A stretch of 10,242 nucleotides of DNA, taken from assembly GCA_048938005.1 (NCBI GenBank), contig JBHLMQ010000082.1:1-10242 (forward strand), given 5' to 3'. Of the stretch, positions 1 to 5,550 are shown one piece after another. The notes beneath the pieces are model-generated. The model worked only from the letters and a program-made list of their open reading frames with translations. It searched no databases and was not told where the DNA came from. Origin of the DNA: Promethearchaeota archaeon. Its GTDB lineage: Archaea; Asgardarchaeota; Lokiarchaeia; Sigyniarchaeales; SOKP01. Each line of letters starts with the position of its first letter. Within the stretch, counting starts at the first letter, position 1. The position numbers were made by a program, and so were the translations under genes.

Positions 1-390
1 GTTTCTGGAAGTACTATTGGGATTACCGCTCCAGCCTGTCCTTTAGAAACAAGTTTATCAACGAATTTAAGTGAAATTCGTGACCTATCTGAAGCCAATC
101 CAAATGAAGATGATCTTGAAAAAAAGCCCACATCTCAAATTAAGTTGAAGATAAAGGAAAGTGGTAAAAAAACCGGTTTATCGGTTAAAGAACAAAGAGA
201 ATTAGAGAAATTGGAATCTGAGCTTAAAATAGAAGAACAAAAATTTATCTGTGTTGTCCATAAAGGACAAATTGTAGGAACTGTATATATTTGCCCAAAT
301 TGTAAAACTTGCTATTGCTTAACGTGTGCTTACTCTTTAAAAGCAAATGGAGAAAAGTGCTGGACCTGTGATAATGAAATAAAACCATAA
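1..390 (+). CDS. 5'-truncated protein ending in a charged helical linker and a C-terminal RING-like Cys/His zinc finger
   Basis: Frame 1 is open from base 1 (VSGSTIGITAPACPLETSLSTNLSEIRDLSEANPNEDDLEKKPTSQIKLKIKES...), so the TTG at 145 in the ORF track is probably internal. Bases 250-369 encode C-x2-H-x10-C-x2-C-x4-C-x2-C-x10-C-x2-C. Stop TAA at 388-390. Confidence 0.8.
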   Translation, partial: VSGSTIGITAPACPLETSLSTNLSEIRDLSEANPNEDDLEKKPTSQIKLKIKESGKKTGLSVKEQRELEKLESELKIEEQKFICVVHKGQIVGTVYICPNCKTCYCLTCAYSLKANGEKCWTCDNEIKP

Positions 391-423
391 ATTTGTTATT
401 ATATAATTTACTTGTTTCATTTG

Positions 424-1314
424 TTAAATAAAAGCAGCCATATCTTTACACTTTACAGCTATCCTTATCATATTGTTTATCTTATCTTTATCTCCATAAT
501 CTAATTTACTCAATAAAGAATTTGCTTTTTCTACTATTTCATCTTTTCTTAACCAAGCTTTGTAGGCTAAAACAAAATCTTTTTTTAAATAAGCATTCAT
601 TATATCATTGAAATATTGGTTAATTTCTAAGAAGAAATCTTTAACGTTCTCACTAAGACGTAAATCCCTTAAGATTTTACCAATCTCCTCAACTTTTTCA
701 CAAAACATTCGATAATCCATTGCTTCGAGTGGTGTAAAATCTGTGTCTTCCGTTACATATATTCCTGTTCTAAGATAGGTTCTTATATGAGTAACTAATA
801 TGAAATAAAATTTACGCAGCTGTTCGAAATTATACTTCAAATCATCGATCATATTTTCTGTTAAATTCTCAAACATATCAGCTATTAAATATAATAACCG
901 TTGAATTAATTTTTTTGTAGGAATTTTCTTATAACCAAAATTTTGAATCACCATTCTTTGTCGTTGGTCTTCAATTATTTCGGTATTGGGAAGGCCTTTA
1001 ACTAACCATCTTATTTTACTTCTTATATCTTTATCAATTTCTTTATCTGAGATTACAACTATATTCGTTTGACCTGATAAACAATGTTTTACAATTTCTC
1101 TTGCAATATAAGGACTTGAGTGAAGTGTAAGTTCCTCTGTTAGATTTAATTCCTCTTGCTCAAGTTTCGGTGATAAAATTAAGGATCCATCACTGCGAAC
1201 ATCTATTGCTATTGGTGATTTACTATCTAAATTAAAGTTTTCGATCCATTTTTTAGGTAAACTCACAAAAAATGAGCCACTTATTTTTTGTAGTTTTCTA
1301 AAAATTCTTTCCAT
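424..1314 (-). CDS. Archaeal phosphate-uptake-regulator-like protein (N-terminal AbrB/MazE-type DNA-binding domain plus degenerate PhoU helical repeats)
   Basis: The N-terminus RKLQKISGSFFVSLPKKWIENFNL...IDVRSDGSLILSP matches the RK(V/L)Q..G.S..(V/I)SLPK.W pattern of archaeal AbrB-PhoU regulators. The later segments KFYFILVTHIR, EAMDYRMFCEKVEEIG and MIRIAVKCKDMA follow the PhoU-domain pattern. 296 aa. Confidence 0.8.
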   Translation of the reverse strand: MERIFRKLQKISGSFFVSLPKKWIENFNLDSKSPIAIDVRSDGSLILSPKLEQEELNLTEELTLHSSPYIAREIVKHCLSGQTNIVVISDKEIDKDIRSKIRWLVKGLPNTEIIEDQRQRMVIQNFGYKKIPTKKLIQRLLYLIADMFENLTENMIDDLKYNFEQLRKFYFILVTHIRTYLRTGIYVTEDTDFTPLEAMDYRMFCEKVEEIGKILRDLRLSENVKDFFLEINQYFNDIMNAYLKKDFVLAYKAWLRKDEIVEKANSLLSKLDYGDKDKINNMIRIAVKCKDMAAFI

Positions 1315-1336
1315 AATTAACTATTGTATTAACTTT

Positions 1337-1361
1337 TATTTAAGGTTGTTTAAACTTTTTT
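1337..1361 (-). promoter_or_regulatory. Candidate archaeal BRE/TATA promoter for the AbrB-PhoU gene, within a divergent intergenic region
   Basis: The minus strand reads AAAAAAG-TTTAAAC (1361-1348) and then CTTAAATA (1344-1337). These TATA-like boxes lie about 23-40 nt upstream of the ATG at 1314. The AT-rich background makes this weak. Confidence 0.3.
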
Positions 1362-1436
1362 ATCTTCCTTTAATTTTTTATACATAACATTAATTAATTC
1401 TTTAAATTATATAGTAATTAAAAAACAAAATATGAT

Positions 1437-1441
1437 GGAGG
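1437..1441 (+). promoter_or_regulatory. Shine-Dalgarno GGAGG for the ORF at 1450
   Basis: GGAGG followed by an 8-nt A-rich spacer and ATG. Confidence 0.55.
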
Positions 1442-1449
1442 AAAGAAAA

Positions 1450-1605
1450 ATGATTACAAATAAGGAAGAAATAGAAGATATATTGAAAGAGGTTTTAAAC
1501 GAAACCAATCATCATAAATCAAGAATTTCAATTTCTTCATATGGAAGTCAAGGAAAGAAATATTTATATTTATATGAAATTAAAAAAAATAATGGAGGGA
1601 TATAA
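1450..1605 (+). CDS. Small hypothetical protein, 51 aa (57 aa if the in-frame ATG at 1432 is used); not in the ORF track
   Basis: Manual translation: MITNKEEIEDILKEVLNETNHHKSRISISSYGSQGKKYLYLYEIKKNNGGI*. GGAGG at 1437-1441 sits 8 nt before the ATG at 1450. The TAA at 1603-1605 is 3 nt before the next ATG. The N-terminus resembles that of the next ORF. Confidence 0.6.
   Translation: MITNKEEIEDILKEVLNETNHHKSRISISSYGSQGKKYLYLYEIKKNNGGI
1594..1598 (+). promoter_or_regulatory. Shine-Dalgarno GGAGG for the ORF at 1609
   Basis: GGAGG(G), 10 nt before the ATG at 1609 and embedded in the end of the upstream small ORF. Confidence 0.6.
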
Positions 1606-1608
1606 AAA

Positions 1609-1833
1609 ATGACAACAGCAGAAGAAGAAATTATATTAACATTAAAAGAACTCCCTAAATATAAAACTATTGAAGAAGTAAAAGAAAAAAAAGAAACAGA
1701 CAAAGTTGTTATAAAGAAAGAGACTGTTGATCCAATAGATAAAAAGCGAGAAATAAAAAGATGGAAACAAACGTTGGGGTATTATCTATTAAATCCACAC
1801 AAATTCAAATTTGGAATTAGAGATTTTAAATAA
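1609..1833 (+). CDS. Small Lys/Glu-rich hypothetical protein, 74 aa
   Basis: Has a GGAGG RBS, purine-rich coding-like composition and an aromatic/basic C-terminus (WKQTLGYYLLNPHKFKFGIRDFK). T-runs follow immediately. No family recognised. Confidence 0.7.
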   Translation: MTTAEEEIILTLKELPKYKTIEEVKEKKETDKVVIKKETVDPIDKKREIKRWKQTLGYYLLNPHKFKFGIRDFK

Positions 1834-1883
1834 TTTTTTTCTCATTTTTTTTATTTTATTTATCGAATATTGCTTTTTTTTTT
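1834..1883 (+). terminator. Archaeal-type oligo-T terminator region
   Basis: T7 (1834-1840), T8 (1845-1852) and T10 (1874-1883) directly after the stop at 1833. Confidence 0.55.
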
Positions 1884-1976
1884 CAGATTCAATAAGATTA
1901 ATCTAAAAAATCTTAAATCTTTTTAATAATATTAAAATTTAATTTGAAGTATTAATTCTGAAAGTGATCTTTTTAT

Positions 1977-2798
1977 ATGAGTAAAGGCTTCAAGCTTCTT
2001 CGGGTAGAATATCTTTTTTCTGTTCTTATACCTTGTTTATTATGTATTTATTTGAATGGATATGATTTAGTTTCTCATATTTGGATTTTAGCTGGTTTTG
2101 CATTTTATGCAATTACAGGAAACACTCTTAATGATGTTATTGATATGACAGATCCTAATGAAAAAGAAACCCTGCAAAGAGTGAAAGGATATAGCAGAAA
2201 AGAAATATCAGTTCTCTCCATCGCAAGTTTTTTACTAGGAACTATGTGTTTTATGAATGATATTTTAGCAAATCCTCTCTTAGGGATCTATTTAATAATA
2301 ATTGTATTAATGGTAGTTTTTTATTGTTTATTCAAATCTCTTCTAATTATTAATCATATTATATTAGGCATTTCTCATATATTATTACCATATTTTATGA
2401 TCAAGATTAATGAGGGAGATTTATTACCCCCTATGAATATCTTTCCAGATATGAACTTATTTGAGGCTCTTATATTAGCCGCTATAATAGCTGTAGCATT
2501 TACAGGACAAATGGTTCATGAAATGATTGATGGAGATTCATTGGCTAAATTAAAACCAAGAACATCTCAATTAGTAATTTTAACTTCATGCTCAATTTCT
2601 ATAATTATAGCAGTAATTTCATTTATCGTTACAAATTTCTTAGTATTTCTACCGATTATGTTTTTCCCATTTGGAATTATATACGTCTTTAGAAAACCTA
2701 GAACTGATCTTTTAGGAAGAACATCATTAAAAGATATTGGAATTATTTTGGGAAATCTAATGTTTGCATATATGTTTATCTTGATTTATGCGTCTTAA
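1977..2798 (+). CDS. UbiA-superfamily intramembrane prenyltransferase, substrate unknown
   Basis: Polytopic hydrophobic 273-aa protein. First Asp-rich motif GNTLNDVIDMTD (NDxxD, 2130-2153), a Y-x3-K motif (YCLFK), and a second acidic motif HEMIDGD. The N-terminal FKLLR resembles the (K/R)L.R start of UbiA-family proteins. Confidence 0.75.
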   Translation: MSKGFKLLRVEYLFSVLIPCLLCIYLNGYDLVSHIWILAGFAFYAITGNTLNDVIDMTDPNEKETLQRVKGYSRKEISVLSIASFLLGTMCFMNDILANPLLGIYLIIIVLMVVFYCLFKSLLIINHIILGISHILLPYFMIKINEGDLLPPMNIFPDMNLFEALILAAIIAVAFTGQMVHEMIDGDSLAKLKPRTSQLVILTSCSISIIIAVISFIVTNFLVFLPIMFFPFGIIYVFRKPRTDLLGRTSLKDIGIILGNLMFAYMFILIYAS

Positions 2799-2933
2799 AG
2801 AGAAATGAAACATTTTATTATAGTTGATATTATTGATAAAAAGTAAAAGAACTCCCTTATTTAGAAAAGATTTATGTGGATTATGTTTTCATTTATGTCC
2901 AGTATTAAAATTACCATTATAAAATAACATTCA

Positions 2934-2938
2934 GAGGT
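2934..2938 (+). promoter_or_regulatory. Shine-Dalgarno GAGGT for the ABM-family gene
   Basis: GAGGT 9 nt upstream of the ATG at 2948. Confidence 0.55.
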
Positions 2939-2947
2939 ATTAAATAA

Positions 2948-3229
2948 ATGTTTGTGCATATGTCAATCCATTATCCTAAACCAGAAAAAGAAAAATTCCT
3001 CATTGACTCAATGCATCGCTATGGAAAGGCAATGGAAGGATTAAAAGGTTATATTATGGCACATACAACCAAAGATGAAGATACAGGCCGTTTAGTCGGT
3101 CTTGCTATTTGGAAATCAAAAGAGGATTGGAGTGCCGCGAGAGAAAAAATGATAGAAGCTGTTAAAGATGATCCTTTTGAAGAATGGGAGGAAAAACCTC
3201 CGGATATTTATCACCTATCAAAAGTATAG
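2948..3229 (+). CDS. Antibiotic biosynthesis monooxygenase (ABM)-family / dimeric alpha+beta barrel protein
   Basis: 93 aa with the ABM layout: beta strand, KPEKEKFL helix, LKGYI, then RLVGLAIWKSKEDWSAA (W.S.E motif), ending PDIYHL. Confidence 0.75.
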   Translation: MFVHMSIHYPKPEKEKFLIDSMHRYGKAMEGLKGYIMAHTTKDEDTGRLVGLAIWKSKEDWSAAREKMIEAVKDDPFEEWEEKPPDIYHLSKV

Positions 3230-3240
3230 AATGATAATGT

Positions 3241-4293
3241 ATGAATTTTATCAATCCGAAATTTCAAAAAATAGCGAAATATCAAAAAAGAGTTAATGAA
3301 AATATTTTCCAATGCTTAACTTGTGAACGTCGATGCAAAATTTTAGAGGGAAATTCTGGATTTTGTCGGACGCGCATTAATTATAATGGAAAAATTTACA
3401 GTATCGTTTATGGCTTAATCCCAGCTTTGTCATTCAATCCAATTGAAAAGAAACCTTTATATCATTTTTATCCAGGAAGTACTGCAATAACAATTGGGAC
3501 ATATGGTTGTAATTTTGATTGTTTCTGGTGTCAAAATTATCACTTATCTAAAACAAATCCTTTTAAAAGTGACAAGATTTCCACATCTAAGATATTTCTT
3601 TCCCCTAAGAATCTTATAGAGATTGCATTAAAAAGAAAATGTAAAGGTACTTCAATATCTTTTAATGAACCCACGTTATTGTTTGAATATTCATTAGAAG
3701 TATTTAAATTAGCAAAACAGAATGGTTTATACAATACCTACGTTACAAATGGTTATATGACAGAGGAAGTTCTAAGAGATTTAGTAAATGCTGGCCTTGA
3801 CGCAATGAACATAGATATAAAAGGAGATTCTGAAATGGTCCAGAAATATTGCGGTACTGATGTGGAGAAAGTATGGAGAAATGCAAAATTAGCAAAGGAA
3901 TTAGGTGTCCATGTTGAAATAACAACTTTATTGATACAAGAATTAAATTCTAAAGATAAGATTGTCAGAAGACTTGCTAAAAGAATTTATAATGAATTGG
4001 GTGAATTAACACCATATCATATAAGTAGATTCTTTCCTCATTATAAATCGTCTGATTATGGACTTACTGAGCCAACACCTGTAAACCTTTTATATAACGC
4101 CTATAAAATTGCAAAGGATGTTGGATTGAAATATGTATATCTTGGGAATATGCCTACCACCGAATATGACAATACATATTGTCCAAAATGTTCTAAATTA
4201 GTTATAAAGAGAAGAATATTAGGGATCAAGGAGTTATATTTAGATTCTAATGGAAATTGTAAATATTGTGGTTTTCCAATCAGTATTATATAA
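3241..4293 (+). CDS. amrS: AmmeMemoRadiSam system radical SAM enzyme (PFL-activase-like family)
   Basis: N-terminal CLTCERRC...GFCRTR, the family signature PIEKKPLYHFYPGS, radical SAM motif CNFDCFWCQN (CxxxCxxC), SFNEP, VTNGY, MNIDIKG, HVEITTL, HISRFFP, YVYLGN, and C-terminal CPKC...CKYCG. Confidence 0.92.
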   Translation: MNFINPKFQKIAKYQKRVNENIFQCLTCERRCKILEGNSGFCRTRINYNGKIYSIVYGLIPALSFNPIEKKPLYHFYPGSTAITIGTYGCNFDCFWCQNYHLSKTNPFKSDKISTSKIFLSPKNLIEIALKRKCKGTSISFNEPTLLFEYSLEVFKLAKQNGLYNTYVTNGYMTEEVLRDLVNAGLDAMNIDIKGDSEMVQKYCGTDVEKVWRNAKLAKELGVHVEITTLLIQELNSKDKIVRRLAKRIYNELGELTPYHISRFFPHYKSSDYGLTEPTPVNLLYNAYKIAKDVGLKYVYLGNMPTTEYDNTYCPKCSKLVIKRRILGIKELYLDSNGNCKYCGFPISII

Positions 4294-4295
4294 TA

Positions 4296-4316
4296 TTTTT
4301 TCTAGACTTTTTTTTT
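4296..4316 (+). terminator. Oligo-T terminator after amrS
   Basis: T6 (4296-4301) and T9 (4308-4316) just after the stop at 4293. Confidence 0.5.
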
Positions 4317-4339
4317 ACTAATTCAATTAAGATGTAGTT

Positions 4340-4401
4340 TTTATATAGCATTTTGAAACTATTTTTAGAAAAGCAAAAATGCAAAATTCATTTTTTAAGG
4401 T
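4340..4401 (+). promoter_or_regulatory. Candidate TATA box (TTTATATA, 4340-4347) and RBS (AAGGT, 4397-4401) of the MoxR-vWA-SWIM operon
   Basis: Consensus-like archaeal TATA downstream of the terminator T-runs. AAGGT lies 7 nt before the ATG at 4409, the same spacing as before the TTG at 5551. Confidence 0.4.
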
Positions 4402-4408
4402 TTAAAAA

Positions 4409-5515
4409 ATGGCGAAAAAACCAGCATCTAATAAATCAACAACATCAAAATCTGCTTCTAAAAAACCAGCACAAAAAGCTTCAACAACAAAACCTTCTCC
4501 AAAAAAACCTGCTGAAAAAAAAACACCAAAAAAACCATTGGACAACCTTACAATTTTGAAAAATTCCCCATATTTAAAACAACCTGTTCAATCTCAGACT
4601 TCTAAAAAACAACATACTTTAAAAGAATTGTTTGAAAGGAATTTACTCTCTCATAAAGAAGAAAATATGGAAATTGTGTTATCTGGTCAGTATCAAGAAG
4701 CTCTTGATTTAATTTTTGAAGCAGATGCATCAAACCTATATCCAATTTTAGTAGGACCACCGGGTATTGGTAAAACAACATTATGCCGATATTATGCCCA
4801 ATCAAGAGCAGAAATTACAGGAAATGATTCATTTGAATGGATTACTTTTGATGAATCAACTAAACCGGCTCATTTAATAGGTTCTTTTAACCCAGCAACT
4901 ACAATACAAAAAGGTTTTTCATTTGATGCATTTAATCCAGGTCCGCTAGTAAAAGCTATGTTAAATGGTGGGATATTCCTTGCGAATGAAGTGAATAGGG
5001 CAACAGAATATACTCAAAACTCACTATTAGAACCACTTGAGGAAAAAACACTTTCAATTCCTCATATTGGACGCATAAAATCTTCACGAGGATTTTTCTT
5101 TATTGGTGCAATGAATCCCTCAGAATTAGTAGGGACACACAGATTAGGAGAAGCACTAAAAGATAGATTCAATGTGTGGATTGAACTTGATTATCCAGAT
5201 AAAAAGACAGAGATGAAAATAATTGAACACAATAATCCTTATTATAAAATTGATGAGAGTACACTTGAAAAAATTTATTTAATAATCAATCGAACACGTA
5301 CACATCATCAAGTACAAACTCCAGCAAGTTTAAGGAGTGGTATCGCTTTAGCACGTCTTACTGGTGTTGAACAAAAAAAATCAAAAAGAGAACCCAATCA
5401 TATTCTTCGAGAAATAGCGAGTAGTGTATTATTTGGAGCGATACAAACAAAGCCAGGCGTTAAAGTAAATGATGTAATTAAGAATATTATCTCCCAAGTA
5501 GTGGGTTCTATCTAA
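4409..5515 (+). CDS. MoxR-family (AAA_5 / dynein-related clade) AAA+ ATPase with a basic low-complexity N-terminal tail
   Basis: Walker A GPPGIGKT (4754-4777), LIGSFNP, FNPGPLVKAM, variant Walker B IFLANEVNR (4973-4999), QNSLLEPLEEK, sensor I GAMNP, Arg finger ALKDRF, LDYP, and lid/sensor II ASLRSGIAL. Adjacent to a vWA gene. Confidence 0.92.
   Translation: MAKKPASNKSTTSKSASKKPAQKASTTKPSPKKPAEKKTPKKPLDNLTILKNSPYLKQPVQSQTSKKQHTLKELFERNLLSHKEENMEIVLSGQYQEALDLIFEADASNLYPILVGPPGIGKTTLCRYYAQSRAEITGNDSFEWITFDESTKPAHLIGSFNPATTIQKGFSFDAFNPGPLVKAMLNGGIFLANEVNRATEYTQNSLLEPLEEKTLSIPHIGRIKSSRGFFFIGAMNPSELVGTHRLGEALKDRFNVWIELDYPDKKTEMKIIEHNNPYYKIDESTLEKIYLIINRTRTHHQVQTPASLRSGIALARLTGVEQKKSKREPNHILREIASSVLFGAIQTKPGVKVNDVIKNIISQVVGSI
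4415..4537 (+). repeat. Intragenic KKP(A) peptide repeats forming a Lys/Ser/Pro/Ala/Thr low-complexity tail
   Basis: MAKKPASNKSTTSKSASKKPAQKASTTKPSPKKPAEKKTPKKP contains KKP four times (DNA AAAAAACC[AT]). 14 Lys and 1 acidic residue in 43 aa. Confidence 0.7.
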
Positions 5516-5550
5516 TTTAAAATAAAAAATAAAAATTTAAGGTAAATAAT

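Noticed and set aside
145-147. TTG start given in the ORF track for the first gene
   Set aside because: The frame is open back to base 1 with plausible protein sequence and no RBS precedes 145, so the gene probably starts outside the window.
1893-1937. Palindromes AGATTAATCT (1895-1904) and TTTTAAT-aat-ATTAAAA (1921-1937)
   Set aside because: Almost entirely A/T and expected by chance at this composition. No matching copy was noticed elsewhere.
3540-3734. 64-aa minus-strand ORF
   Set aside because: Antisense shadow inside amrS with no recognisable motif.
3743-3925. 60-aa minus-strand ORF
   Set aside because: Antisense shadow inside amrS.
3241-4293. Call as pyruvate formate-lyase activating enzyme (pflA)
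   Set aside because: The N-terminal Cys cluster, PIEKKPLYHF motif and C-terminal zinc ribbon fit AmrS, and no glycyl-radical enzyme is adjacent.
4348-4382. Inverted repeat GCATTTT...AAAATGC upstream of the ATPase
   Set aside because: Only 7 bp, AT-rich, with a long spacer; insufficient support for a hairpin or operator.
4353-4559. 68-aa plus-strand ORF overlapping the ATPase start
   Set aside because: An alternative-frame reading of the A/C-rich KKPA repeat, which lacks stops for compositional reasons. The ATPase start at 4409 has the RBS.
4602-4805. 67-aa minus-strand ORF
   Set aside because: Antisense shadow inside the ATPase gene.
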